The notes under the pieces were generated by a model that saw only the letters and a list, made by a program, of their open reading frames with translations, was not told the DNA's origin and made no database searches. This document shows, piece by piece, positions 29,194 through 39,428 of a stretch of 64,000 bases of DNA. Numbering within the stretch: position 1 is the stretch's first letter; the number at the start of each line of letters is the position of its first letter. The translations under genes were made by a program, and so were the position numbers. The stretch spans positions 186,569 to 250,568 of the IMG/VR virus record IMGVR_UViG_3300026549_000001; one strand, written 5' to 3'. This DNA is from a virus (taxonomy: Duplodnaviria > Heunggongvirae > Uroviricota > Caudoviricetes).

Positions 29194-29911
29194 GAACTAT
29201 CTCCTTGAAATAAGGTAGAGTTTCTATGAACTTACAAAAATCTCGCCATTCTTTCAGTTTGTGATTCTTCCTTGATTTATAAATGTTTGCCAATACTTCA
29301 TAGTTCAAGGTAATCGTTCTTTTTTGATTATAACTGGAGGGTAGTAATTGAATTAAATTATACCAATATTTTTTATCATTGGTCTTGAGATATGCCTCTC
29401 TAAATTCATTAAGATTTTCTATAAGGGTTAGAAGAATATCTATTCCCGCAACCCCACAGAACATATCATCGTCCTTTGTTAAATGGTCGTAACTAAAATC
29501 TTCAACGCACAATTCTTTATCCATTATTTTATGCATCGTGGAGGTTGAATTTGCTACGGTTGCTACTTTATATGTGTCCCATTCTTTTAAGAAATAAAGC
29601 GGAGCAGTTAAATCAAAACTTACCATAATTTGTCGTAAAAACTTTCTATGGTCTGTTCCCGCTTTAACTAATCTATTACAAAGGGCAATATCGTTCTCTC
29701 CCAATACAAACTTTTCCACCATAGGAGTCTTTGAAATATTACATTGGGGGGTATTATTTTCACATATAAAGAAAGGACAAGTTTTACATTTATTATCTGC
29801 TAACTTGACACATTCTTTACTGTCAGAATTTCCCCAAGAATTTTTAGGATTTCTCATTCCCCTTATGGCGTGTTTAAATCCCCATACTTGGGGAGATTCT
29901 ATTTTAATCAT
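29183..29911 (-). CDS. hypothetical Cys-rich protein (very weak ThyX-like resemblance, not claimed)
   Basis: 242-aa ORF. Confidence 0.4.
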   Translation of the reverse strand: MIKIESPQVWGFKHAIRGMRNPKNSWGNSDSKECVKLADNKCKTCPFFICENNTPQCNISKTPMVEKFVLGENDIALCNRLVKAGTDHRKFLRQIMVSFDLTAPLYFLKEWDTYKVATVANSTSTMHKIMDKELCVEDFSYDHLTKDDDMFCGVAGIDILLTLIENLNEFREAYLKTNDKKYWYNLIQLLPSSYNQKRTITLNYEVLANIYKSRKNHKLKEWRDFCKFIETLPYFKEIVLAD

Positions 29912-30212
29912 GTCCTATCATATCCTTCATACTAAAAGATACCATAAGGCTCATACCATCATTGGTAATATCGGGAGTGGTTTCCATATCAACAATAACT
30001 CCGTGCTTATCTGCATTCTCAAAATATACCCAAGTTTTATTCTTCATCAACCACTTATAGAGTTCACAAAGTTCCGCATCACCATTAACGGTAGCTATAG
30101 TATCAAGGGTTTCTTCGTCAAGGAAATTATAATTAAAAGTCATCTTCTTCATCCTCACCATTAGTGATACAATTCTCACAATCGCAATCACAGCACTCAC
30201 CATTACAGTCAC
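29904..30212 (-). CDS. hypothetical protein
   Basis: 102-aa ORF. Confidence 0.35.
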   Translation of the reverse strand: MTVMVSAVIAIVRIVSLMVRMKKMTFNYNFLDEETLDTIATVNGDAELCELYKWLMKNKTWVYFENADKHGVIVDMETTPDITNDGMSLMVSFSMKDMIGHD

Positions 30213-30423
30213 AATTTTTCAGCACCCAAACACGGAGAGTGTGGAATCCATCTTCTTCGGGAACAACATCCATACAAAGAATATCATAAGATTCTTCGTC
30301 AAAAACTACAGGAATATCGTCCTTCATAAACTCATAATAAGCCCTATAATTGTTCATATCTCCTGCAAAAGTAGCAAGAGTTTCGCCATCTTCGTAATTG
30401 TAAAACGATACTAACATTTCCAT
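30133..30423 (-). CDS. hypothetical acidic Cys-rich protein
   Basis: 96-aa ORF, CDCNGECCDCDCENC. Confidence 0.35.
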   Translation of the reverse strand: MEMLVSFYNYEDGETLATFAGDMNNYRAYYEFMKDDIPVVFDEESYDILCMDVVPEEDGFHTLRVWVLKNCDCNGECCDCDCENCITNGEDEEDDF

Positions 30424-30425
30424 AA

Positions 30426-30710
30426 TTAAAAGGTCTCCTTTTTTATTGTATATGTTGCCCCACCAAACTCGGCAAGAGAATCCGCATCAAAGGGCATATC
30501 TTCAAATCCACCATCATCAGATAATTTAGCAATAAAACAATCAACTGCATTGTAAGGGTTATATGATATTTCTCCCACCTTTTCATCACCTAAAAAGATA
30601 GCATCATATATATCTTTACCACGGCTCTTGATTGCATCTAAATATTCAGAACACTTATTTAAAAGTTCTTCTGTATCTGTTGCAAATAGATTCAATGTCC
30701 TTTTAGCCAT
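30426..30710 (-). CDS. hypothetical protein
   Basis: 94-aa ORF. Confidence 0.35.
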   Translation of the reverse strand: MAKRTLNLFATDTEELLNKCSEYLDAIKSRGKDIYDAIFLGDEKVGEISYNPYNAVDCFIAKLSDDGGFEDMPFDADSLAEFGGATYTIKKETF

Positions 30711-31068
30711 CTTGTGCCTCCTTCAGTAGCTCTAAAAATATATTAAATGTTTGTAAGGGAAGAATTGCATAATTTTCGCCATTAGGTTCAAAATTAAATA
30801 TTAATGTTGAAAATTCTTTGCCCATAAAACGAGCCTCTTCTTTTAACTTATCCAACCACTCTTTTTTGATTGATATAGAGGATGATGGGCTTGTTTTTGT
30901 CTTACATTCTATAAGAAATTGCTCGTGAACAATATCTCCCTTTTGGAATGGAGTAGCCCCAGAGTTGGCAGTTGTTTTACCGCCAATCTCTTTTGCTACA
31001 TACTTTTCTTGTTTAGAGGAATAAAACCTTGTAGGTTTATTCTCGGTATTTTTATGCAACCTTGTCAT
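30703..31068 (-). CDS. putative PD-(D/E)xK nuclease (resolvase-like)
   Basis: GDIVHEQFLIECKTK (D...E-x-K); adjacent to recombinase gene. Confidence 0.35.
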   Translation of the reverse strand: MTRLHKNTENKPTRFYSSKQEKYVAKEIGGKTTANSGATPFQKGDIVHEQFLIECKTKTSPSSSISIKKEWLDKLKEEARFMGKEFSTLIFNFEPNGENYAILPLQTFNIFLELLKEAQDG

Positions 31069-32204
31069 GCAATCGAATTTTCTTCATTAAGAATTCTTGC
31101 TAATTCTGCTTCATCAAGTAGATTAGCGGTTCTTCCGCTTTTGTTAATAAAGTCAGACAGCATATTTACATAGTCCTGTGTGAACTGTGGATTATCATTT
31201 AAAAAGCTAAACAGCGAATTTTTTCCCCTAAACTCGCAAAGTTTACCATTTCCACCATCTAAAACCTCACCTGTTTCGGGGTTTATCAATCTATAAGTTT
31301 GAAGATTAGGTCTATCAATAAAACCAAATGCGATAGCGGCTTCTACAGTATCGAATACCTTATCAATACCGTCTTTATAGCGGAATGTCATATATCCACC
31401 GCCCCTATCAGTTTTCCCTTGCCTTGATTTAGTGATGGTAAATACCAACCTAAATCCGTCTATATCTGCACTTGCTTTACTTGCGGAAATGTCTGTTTTA
31501 TCTCCACAAGTATATGTACGCTTTCCGAAGCGAACCTTAACTGCGGGGAAATATCTAATTCCTCTGCCACCAGGCTCAACATATTGAATTGCACCTGTGG
31601 GAAGGGGCTTTTCACTAACTTGATTGATAATGATTAAGCTGTTCTGCTTTTTAGGCAACTCATTCACCATTTGCCTAAAAAACTTAATGGTTGTGTTCGC
31701 AATGTTGCCACGCATACCGTTATCTTTGGTGAAGTCGTTATCCAAGTCTGCACGGGGAATAAGGGATGCTACACTATCCAATACGATTAGCCCGATATTG
31801 TCCGATTGTTGTAGAGCCAATATATCCTCATATACTTCATCGGCACTTTTTCCTATAGTATCATATACATATAGTTGCTTCAAATTCAATCCTGTCATTT
31901 TGACAAAGAAATCTCTTTGAGATACAAGGGTATGTTCGGCATCAACATACAAACACATCTTGTGCGGGAATTTCTTTTGATAGCACGAGATGGCAAGCGC
32001 AGATGCTAATGATTTTCCAGAGTGTTCTACTCCCGAAAATGAAATAATCATACCTAATGGGAGACCACCATACAGGGGGTAATCCGCTCCCAAAGAGCCT
32101 GTTGAAAACATTTCGCAATCTGCAATGTTATCTCCTGTATAGAGAGTTGTATATTCCTCGCCCCATTTCTTATTGATTTTCTTTACTACATCTTCAAATC
32201 TCAT
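31065..32204 (-). CDS. RecA/UvsX-family recombinase
   Basis: Walker A GVEHSGKSLAS; Walker B LIVLDSVASL; RecA-like N-terminal LGADYPLYGGLPLGMII. Confidence 0.7.
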   Translation of the reverse strand: MRFEDVVKKINKKWGEEYTTLYTGDNIADCEMFSTGSLGADYPLYGGLPLGMIISFSGVEHSGKSLASALAISCYQKKFPHKMCLYVDAEHTLVSQRDFFVKMTGLNLKQLYVYDTIGKSADEVYEDILALQQSDNIGLIVLDSVASLIPRADLDNDFTKDNGMRGNIANTTIKFFRQMVNELPKKQNSLIIINQVSEKPLPTGAIQYVEPGGRGIRYFPAVKVRFGKRTYTCGDKTDISASKASADIDGFRLVFTITKSRQGKTDRGGGYMTFRYKDGIDKVFDTVEAAIAFGFIDRPNLQTYRLINPETGEVLDGGNGKLCEFRGKNSLFSFLNDNPQFTQDYVNMLSDFINKSGRTANLLDEAELARILNEENSIA

Positions 32205-32695
32205 TCTGTGTCATTTCCTTTACAATCTGTTGTATTTTTAGCTTCTGTAGCCCTTGTAATGATAATATCCTTTAAGATAGCATCAATACGATGGCACTCG
32301 TCCAACCGTGATTTCATTTGACCGACTACACACGCCTGAACAAACTTGGCGTATTTATGTTCGTTTGTATGTGAATTAGAAACGGCTTCTCGGTCTTTAA
32401 GAGTCCCCTGTGTTATAGCAAACATTTCATAAAAGGCATCGTCCATTCTTGCTTTCGCTACATTTTCTGAAAGAGCGGCATGGTCTTTCCTTATAGCAAA
32501 ATAAAATGCTTCTACTCCTAATTGCATTCTAATATCCAACAGTTCACTTGTTGGTATTGTTTCTATTGGACGAGAATGCAATTTATTTATTATCGCATCA
32601 ATGTTCGCACATACTTGTTTTATTTGTATGTCTGCGTGTTGTCGAAGCATTTTTGACAACGCACTATTATCTTTAATAATATCATCAAGTGCCAA
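32201..32695 (-). CDS. hypothetical protein
   Basis: 164-aa ORF. Confidence 0.4.
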   Translation of the reverse strand: MALDDIIKDNSALSKMLRQHADIQIKQVCANIDAIINKLHSRPIETIPTSELLDIRMQLGVEAFYFAIRKDHAALSENVAKARMDDAFYEMFAITQGTLKDREAVSNSHTNEHKYAKFVQACVVGQMKSRLDECHRIDAILKDIIITRATEAKNTTDCKGNDTE

Positions 32696-32742
32696 TATTC
32701 CATCCCTTCTTTCCTTATTATTAAATAGACTAATTTTTTCTA

Positions 32743-33546
32743 TTAGTTATGTGTTTCTTCATATATGCTTTTATAAAGAATGTCATATATGAGATTATCT
32801 AACCACTTTTCAAGTTCTATATTTGGTTCTTTTTTATTGTTTTCTATTTCAGAAGCCGCAAGAGCATTAATATTGGTTATAGTGAATTCTGCTATCTGTT
32901 TTGCATAGCGTTCCTTATATCGTCCTTCTTTAACTGAAACAAGCAGGCTCGGATTTTCAACCCACAAACAAGATTGGTAGCTATTTCCCGATATATAATC
33001 TCTTAAAAAATCATACAGTCTCATAAGATGATGTAATTGCTTCGGGTCATAACCAAACTTCTCTAATATTTCCAGTTTTGAGGGAAAAGGTTTACACAGG
33101 GCGTGATATTTCTCTAAAGCTACACCCTTAATTGCTTTAATATGTTTTGCTCTATCTAAACGAGCGATAGTTTCTCTTTGAGAAGTTAAATGCGACCACT
33201 CATTAGTGTACTTGGAGTTCTGATAAAAACAAACACTCCAAAGCAATTCCAAAAATTGAATATTCTGTTTCTTCAACAACTCAAACCAATGACGAATGTC
33301 CATAAAATTGATGTGTTCATCATTCTCCATTATATGAGTAAATGAAACAGGTTTAGAATTGCGAATTATATCAGACAAAGAAGGTATGATAATACAAACA
33401 CTATCAAAATCGCTCCCCTTATAATCAAGCCCATAATTACCACTTCCTTGATAATACAGACCGAATATATTATAATTGAATTTTTTAGCTTCTTCTAAAT
33501 GGCGTTGTAGTTGAGCATCAAACCATTCTTCTGTATGATAATTCAT
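32743..33546 (-). CDS. Pol-beta-superfamily nucleotidyltransferase
   Basis: GS-x10-DxD motif GSGNYGLDYKGSDFDSV. Confidence 0.5.
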   Translation of the reverse strand: MNYHTEEWFDAQLQRHLEEAKKFNYNIFGLYYQGSGNYGLDYKGSDFDSVCIIIPSLSDIIRNSKPVSFTHIMENDEHINFMDIRHWFELLKKQNIQFLELLWSVCFYQNSKYTNEWSHLTSQRETIARLDRAKHIKAIKGVALEKYHALCKPFPSKLEILEKFGYDPKQLHHLMRLYDFLRDYISGNSYQSCLWVENPSLLVSVKEGRYKERYAKQIAEFTITNINALAASEIENNKKEPNIELEKWLDNLIYDILYKSIYEETHN

Positions 33547-33739
33547 TTAGTATCTCCTGTGAAAAGATGTATATTTGTTATGTTACTATCATTATAACAC
33601 ACTTAACCAAATAAATCAAGAGGATTATAGGGTTGTCTAATAATATATTCTAAAGATATATAGGAGTGAAAGATTAATTCTCTCACTCCTTTTTTAATAA
33701 GTTTGTTTTGTCGCAAAGATTATATAAAATTTGCGACAA

Positions 33740-34087
33740 TTATATATCCTCATCGAATACCCAAGAATTGTTTTTATAATAAGCAATTAGCACGGGGGTA
33801 ATGTCTAAATCTTTAATATCACAGCGTAATGAGCATTTGTATTCTCCTGTATTCAAATCCCCCATAATTTCAATGAAGGGATTGCCGAGCCATTTTATCC
33901 AAAAAGGCTTTTCTATTTTTGAAGAGCGAATACACACATATCCTTCGGTAGCCCATGCAGATAACATAAATCCAAGAGAAGGCAATTCAAACATTTCTCT
34001 TAACTTATCGTACACGGGGGTTAAATCTATATTATTAGTATTGTTCATATATAAATCTTCTCCATTTATTTCTCCATTTATATTCAA
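33740..34087 (-). CDS. hypothetical protein
   Basis: 115-aa ORF. Confidence 0.4.
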   Translation of the reverse strand: MNINGEINGEDLYMNNTNNIDLTPVYDKLREMFELPSLGFMLSAWATEGYVCIRSSKIEKPFWIKWLGNPFIEIMGDLNTGEYKCSLRCDIKDLDITPVLIAYYKNNSWVFDEDI

Positions 34088-34383
34088 TATACACCATCAT
34101 CAAATAGTTTATCTATATGGGGCATTATAGGATTACCGTCCGCATCAAATACAATAAGGTGAAAGCGTGTTTTTCGTGATATGCGGACAGAATACTCACC
34201 ATTTAACAGTTTTTCATATATGTTTTTACGCATATACCCCCAAATAGAGCATTCTGTCCAATCATCAGATTCATATCCGAATTCTATACACACAGCATCA
34301 AACCCACCAAGTTCGGGAGAAAGGGTTTCATATCTCAAAACTGTCCAATCTTTAACATCATAGTATATTGAAAGACAACTCAT
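34084..34383 (-). CDS. hypothetical protein
   Basis: 99-aa ORF. Confidence 0.4.
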   Translation of the reverse strand: MSCLSIYYDVKDWTVLRYETLSPELGGFDAVCIEFGYESDDWTECSIWGYMRKNIYEKLLNGEYSVRISRKTRFHLIVFDADGNPIMPHIDKLFDDGVY

Positions 34384-34399
34384 ACAAATATACCTCCTG

Positions 34400-36421
34400 T
34401 TATTTAGATTTTAGCTTTATGCCTTGTGCGGTTCTACTACTACTTTCTTTATATTGAGCAGTATCAATAGGCTCTTGATATTTCTCCAACTCAATTACCT
34501 TATCTTGCGGTATTGCTCTCATATATTCTACAGGGGAGTTAGTATTAAATCCCTTTGTAAAACACAACTTATTTGATTCTGTTATATAAGCAGATAACTT
34601 AAACTTAACTAATTTATGATTATCAAACAGAATGACTAATAGATGGTCGGGGATAAGAGGGCAACTATACAGTATTGTTTCACCAACCTCTAACTTCTTT
34701 GCAATCTGCTTTATATCACTAATCTTTTGATTAGCTCCTTCGGGGATTTTCGCAATTGGGTATTTGAAAGTTTTTCCAAGAGAAGTGAATATCAATAACT
34801 CTCCCTTATTCTCAACTTCCCACTTAACAAAACCATTAGGCGTTTTGGCAGAAGATGTTGTAGATACTCTTTTAACAGTCTCATTATTGCAAAAGATAAT
34901 ACTATTTCCATCAGTATTTACTTCGGGCTTTGCGTTCTTTCTAAATGTAGGAAGCTCCTCATAATCTGTAATAATTTTACTCTTTCTCGGAATCCCATAT
35001 TTGGATTTAATACGCTGTAAGTCATCAATTATCTTATTATCTATCCCGCAAGCAATAGTTTCTTGTAATGTGGTTATATCAGATTTTAGCCCATTTATTT
35101 CTTTGGTCTTATTTAGAATATAATCTTCGTTAAAGTTCCTTAACTTGATTTCTGCAACAAATTCTGCTTGCACATCATCAAGACCAAATGCCTTTTTAAG
35201 TCCTTGAATTACCTCGGCATCATCTTTTGACTGTCGTACAATACTTACAGCTTTTTCTATATCAAGAAGAACTTTTTCAAGTCCTTCCAATAAATGTAGT
35301 TGATTTTGCTTCTCGTTAAGGTCGTAAGATAATTCGGTTTCAATCCACTCTCTTCTATGAGCAACCCAATTTTTTAATATATCAATAACACCCATAGATT
35401 GAGGGGTATTTTGATATACAAGATTCATATTGACATTAAAATTGTCCTGAAGGGGTGTAAGAGCAAGAAGTTTCTTTTTAAGTGCTTCTACATCTGTACC
35501 TCTTTTATAATCTATTGCTATTTTAAGACCGTTTTTATCCGTTTCATCCCTTACTCCTGTAATTTCGGGAATACGGTTTTCCTTATATGCTTTTATAATA
35601 GCATCTATAATATTTTCAAGAGAAGTAGAATAAGGAATTTCATCAACTTCTAAAATTCGTTCTTTTTCATTATTTGTAAAGACAGAACGGATTGTAATAG
35701 CACCTTGTCCACTCTCATATATGGATTTCATTTGCTCTTTATTAATAAGAATTTCGCCACCCGTTGTAAAATCAGCAGTAGGCATACTTTTCATTATAAG
35801 AGAAAGCAATTTACTGTTATCCATATTATAATTCTTTACTATTTCGATGGCGGCATCACACAATTCAATTAAATTAAATGAAGGAAAATTACAAGCAAAA
35901 CCAACCGCTATGCCCATATTTGGATTAGCTAATATATTAGGAAATGGTGCAGATACATACCTCGGCTCTTTCATTGTACCATCAAAATTATCAATCATAT
36001 TTGACGGATTCTTTTTTAAGCTGTCAAATAGCTCGTGACAAATTGGAGCTAATTGCATCTCGGTATACCTTGCCGCTGAAGGTTGGGTATCTGTGGAATA
36101 ATGTTTCCCAAACGAACCTTTCCCATGTATCATCGGACAAAGTATTGACTCTGCCTCTTTCGTTAGTCTGACCCCTGTAAGATATGAATCTGCGTGAGGG
36201 TTTATTTTCATAACCTGTCCACTTATATTAGCGGACTTTGCTCTTTGGTTATGTAATTTCATTGTGTGCATTGTATATAAGAACTTCCTTTGTGATGGCT
36301 TAAATCCATCTACTAATTCAGGCAATGCACGGGAAATGAGTACCGAAAGAGAATACGGCATCATCTTTTCTTTTATGACTTGCGATACTTCCTGTTGTTT
36401 AATATTTTCTGACATTTTCAA
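34400..36421 (-). CDS. type II DNA topoisomerase, GyrA-like subunit (T4 gp52-like)
   Basis: KPSQRKFLYTM and active-site region SAARYTEMQL. Confidence 0.7.
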   Translation of the reverse strand: MKMSENIKQQEVSQVIKEKMMPYSLSVLISRALPELVDGFKPSQRKFLYTMHTMKLHNQRAKSANISGQVMKINPHADSYLTGVRLTKEAESILCPMIHGKGSFGKHYSTDTQPSAARYTEMQLAPICHELFDSLKKNPSNMIDNFDGTMKEPRYVSAPFPNILANPNMGIAVGFACNFPSFNLIELCDAAIEIVKNYNMDNSKLLSLIMKSMPTADFTTGGEILINKEQMKSIYESGQGAITIRSVFTNNEKERILEVDEIPYSTSLENIIDAIIKAYKENRIPEITGVRDETDKNGLKIAIDYKRGTDVEALKKKLLALTPLQDNFNVNMNLVYQNTPQSMGVIDILKNWVAHRREWIETELSYDLNEKQNQLHLLEGLEKVLLDIEKAVSIVRQSKDDAEVIQGLKKAFGLDDVQAEFVAEIKLRNFNEDYILNKTKEINGLKSDITTLQETIACGIDNKIIDDLQRIKSKYGIPRKSKIITDYEELPTFRKNAKPEVNTDGNSIIFCNNETVKRVSTTSSAKTPNGFVKWEVENKGELLIFTSLGKTFKYPIAKIPEGANQKISDIKQIAKKLEVGETILYSCPLIPDHLLVILFDNHKLVKFKLSAYITESNKLCFTKGFNTNSPVEYMRAIPQDKVIELEKYQEPIDTAQYKESSSRTAQGIKLKSK

Positions 36422-36546
36422 TTTCCCTTCTTGTTTTGATTATCTCCATCCCAAACTATTTTCCAAATACTTTCTCATTTCTTTATATTCTGCGTATGGA
36501 TGTTCATCACATACGGATATTAAATATTCTACACTCATTTAGACTA

Positions 36547-36990
36547 TCACTTCTTATTCCTATTAAATCTTTTCAAAATATGTAAACTTGTTGATAGTAA
36601 GTTGTCTGGATATAATGATTCAAACTCATAGTCCAAATGCTCATCTGCTGTAAGCCCCAATTTAACTAATTCATCAAATTTACTCTTTCTTATATTGTAT
36701 ATAGTTTCATAATGTGCATCTAAACTGTTGAACATATCCTTCACGATTTCATCATTTGTTAATTCTAAATATGAAGTCGGAAAGATTAATTTATGGGGAG
36801 TCATTGGATAATGCTTTGCAACCATAACATCATACTCATCCTCTGATTTGAATACATAGCATATTACGCATTCTCTATCATCAAACTCTTGTACTTTTTC
36901 TATTGAATATTTTGATACATAAGGCATTTGATAATCTACGAGAAATCTTACTACCCTATATATTTTACCCGTTGTTTTATCTATTATCAT
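36547..36990 (-). CDS. hypothetical protein
   Basis: 147-aa ORF between topoisomerase subunit genes. Confidence 0.4.
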   Translation of the reverse strand: MIIDKTTGKIYRVVRFLVDYQMPYVSKYSIEKVQEFDDRECVICYVFKSEDEYDVMVAKHYPMTPHKLIFPTSYLELTNDEIVKDMFNSLDAHYETIYNIRKSKFDELVKLGLTADEHLDYEFESLYPDNLLSTSLHILKRFNRNKK

Positions 36991-37013
36991 TTTTTACCAT
37001 TTTTATTTCTTGT

Positions 37014-39428
37014 TTACTCTAAATCCAAGTCAGTATATTCTTTCCCGTGTAATGTAATATATTCTTTTCTATCAGCAGAGTCGTTACCCATAAACAGTTC
37101 AAGATATTTCTCTGCTTCTTTAGCATCTTCCATTGTGACTCTTGTGAGATGTCTCGTTTCAGGAGACATGAAGATTGCCATAGTTTGATAATCCACCTCA
37201 CCCAGACCCTTGTTTCTCGATAATTTACATTTAATCCCATCTGTCATATCTTTCATTTCTTGGTCGGTAAAGGCATAGAGCATTTTTCCCTTATCTTTTC
37301 CCTCTAATATTTGAATTTCATATAAGGGCGTGTCCAAGAAATAAACATATCCTTGTTTTATAAGTTCAGGGGTTAGTCGATAGAATAGGGTAAGACAAAG
37401 TGCAATTATGTGGCAATTATGTACTATAATTCCTTCCAAATTGTCATCATCTACACAAACCATAAAGTTTTCATATCCTGGAACAGTCAAGTCATATACC
37501 TTAATAGGCACATCACAAACAATATGTTGCATAGACTTTATTCTATGATTATATATTTTTGAATGTCTGAAATAAATAGAGCTTATAGAATCATTTGGTG
37601 TTAGGCTTTGCGCTTCTTTATATGTACCATCATTTAGTAATATTCTATGGTCTGGGGTACATCTTACCACAAATCCATTTTCAAAGGTTAGCTCTACTAA
37701 TTCAGTTGTTTCCTTTGTTACACGCGGATTAACTGCTCTTGCGGGAACAACTTCTCCATTTTCATCTTTTGAGTATACCCACAACTCGGTAATGTTATTA
37801 TTGACTAACTCTTCAAAAGTATATGTATTCCCATCTAACGACTTAATTTTAGTGTCTCCAGTAAAGCACCCATCGGTGTCCTGGTCTGTAGCAAGAATTA
37901 TTTTATCGAATCTTCTGTTATTGATGTCAAAATTGCCAAGATTGTTTTTACCTTTGCCCCCATGCATTTCAACACCTGTACCAACTAATTTCATAATATC
38001 CATAATCAATTCATTTTTAAAGATACTACTATAATCAGCTTTTAGAGTATTTAATATTTTACCTCTTATAGCAAGAAGGGCTTGTGTTTCTCCATTTCTT
38101 GCTTGTTTCAAAGAACCCATTGCGGATAAACCTTCCGCAATAAAAAGTTCTCTATCTTCGGGGTTTTTATTTCGACAATCAACAAAATTCTTGATTCTAT
38201 CATCTAACTTCATTTTGTTAGATAGTTTTTGTTTAGTTGCTAATTTCTGTGCGGTTGCGCTCTTTCGAGATTGCACATTAATTGATACCTGATTGGTTAC
38301 TTTTTCAAGCTCTAATGGGTTTTCTTTTGCCCAATCCCTCAAAAACTTTGTTATCTGTTGAGCTAAAAATTCCTCAATGAATTTATTATTTATAGCCCTC
38401 TTGGTTTGGTTTTCGTATGAAGTTTCTGTACTAAAGGTATTTGACAGGAAAATCATTGAGTCCTGTATGTCCTCAAATTCAAGTTCCTTTGCTCTGTTGC
38501 TATCTGTCTTTTTTAATTCTGTTTTAAAGAACTCTAAAAGTGCTTTTTCTTTTGCTCGTCTGGGAGAGCCACCATATAGTAAAGGGGAGGAGTTGTGGAA
38601 ATATAGAGAATTTGGACTTTTATTACCAAATAAAATAACTACTTCTCCTTTTACCTTATAATTAGGCTTATCGGCTCTATCTTTCCCCGCACCTTCAAAT
38701 GTAAAATTAATGGCATCAGTTAGTGTTTCATTTCCCGCAAGTTCTTTTGCAAATCCTAAAATACCATTAGGATAAACTATTGTTTCTTTAGTTCCATCTC
38801 TTTTATCTATAAAATTAAAGGTTAATCCAGCATTTACAATTGCTTGTTCTTTTAACATTTGTAAATACCATTCTTTGTCAATATTGATGTCGGTAAATAC
38901 TTCTATGTCAGGCTTAAATATTTGCTTCGTTCCTGTTTTCTGTGGTTTGGCAGTATCTTTCTCTTTAATTAAGTTTCCGACAGGTTCGCCCTTTTCAAAT
39001 GACATTTTAAAGATTTTTCCATCTCTTCTTGATTCCACCTTAAACCACTCGGACGATGCTTGAGCCGCAAATGTTCCCAACCCATTAATTCCTAAACTAA
39101 AATCATAAGAATCATTGGAATATTTTGAACCAGAGTACATCTCGCAGAAAATAAGCTCCCAATTATATCTGTCTTCTGCCTTATTATAGTCCATAGGAAC
39201 TCCCCTACCAAAGTCTTCTACTTCAATAGAGTTATCATTGCCTATAGTTATATTTATGGTGTCGCCATAACCGCTTCGAGCCTCATCAATAGAGTTAGAA
39301 ATAATTTCAAAAACGGCGTGTTGTGTTCCCTGAATATCATTAGAGCCAAGCATTACCCCTACTCTTTTTCGTATTCTATCTGCCCCTTTAAGTGAACTTA
39401 TACTGCTATCATCATATTTTTTTGCCAT
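37014..39428 (-). CDS. type II DNA topoisomerase, GyrB-like ATPase/TOPRIM subunit (T4 gp39-like), containing a mini-intein
   Basis: ATPase EIISNSIDEA; TOPRIM EGLSAMGS and IILATDQDTDG; extein resumes CHIIALCLTLFYRL...PLYEI, matching GyrB SHIRTLLLTFFYR...PLYKV. Confidence 0.8.
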   Translation of the reverse strand: MAKKYDDSSISSLKGADRIRKRVGVMLGSNDIQGTQHAVFEIISNSIDEARSGYGDTINITIGNDNSIEVEDFGRGVPMDYNKAEDRYNWELIFCEMYSGSKYSNDSYDFSLGINGLGTFAAQASSEWFKVESRRDGKIFKMSFEKGEPVGNLIKEKDTAKPQKTGTKQIFKPDIEVFTDINIDKEWYLQMLKEQAIVNAGLTFNFIDKRDGTKETIVYPNGILGFAKELAGNETLTDAINFTFEGAGKDRADKPNYKVKGEVVILFGNKSPNSLYFHNSSPLLYGGSPRRAKEKALLEFFKTELKKTDSNRAKELEFEDIQDSMIFLSNTFSTETSYENQTKRAINNKFIEEFLAQQITKFLRDWAKENPLELEKVTNQVSINVQSRKSATAQKLATKQKLSNKMKLDDRIKNFVDCRNKNPEDRELFIAEGLSAMGSLKQARNGETQALLAIRGKILNTLKADYSSIFKNELIMDIMKLVGTGVEMHGGKGKNNLGNFDINNRRFDKIILATDQDTDGCFTGDTKIKSLDGNTYTFEELVNNNITELWVYSKDENGEVVPARAVNPRVTKETTELVELTFENGFVVRCTPDHRILLNDGTYKEAQSLTPNDSISSIYFRHSKIYNHRIKSMQHIVCDVPIKVYDLTVPGYENFMVCVDDDNLEGIIVHNCHIIALCLTLFYRLTPELIKQGYVYFLDTPLYEIQILEGKDKGKMLYAFTDQEMKDMTDGIKCKLSRNKGLGEVDYQTMAIFMSPETRHLTRVTMEDAKEAEKYLELFMGNDSADRKEYITLHGKEYTDLDLE
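37416..37868 (-). other. mini-intein (151 aa) inserted in the TOPRIM domain of the GyrB-like gene
   Basis: begins CFTGDTKI (block A), TPDHRIL (block B), ends VYDLTV...ENFMV...GIIVHN followed by +1 Cys; host protein motifs are contiguous when the segment is removed. Confidence 0.75.

Noticed and set aside
29183-29911. Possible ThyX (flavin-dependent thymidylate synthase) assignment for the 242-aa protein
   Set aside because: Only a vague resemblance; the diagnostic RHRxxxxxS motif is not present.
37019-37240. 73-aa minus ORF inside the topoisomerase gene in another frame
   Set aside because: Fully embedded in the well-supported 804-aa ORF.
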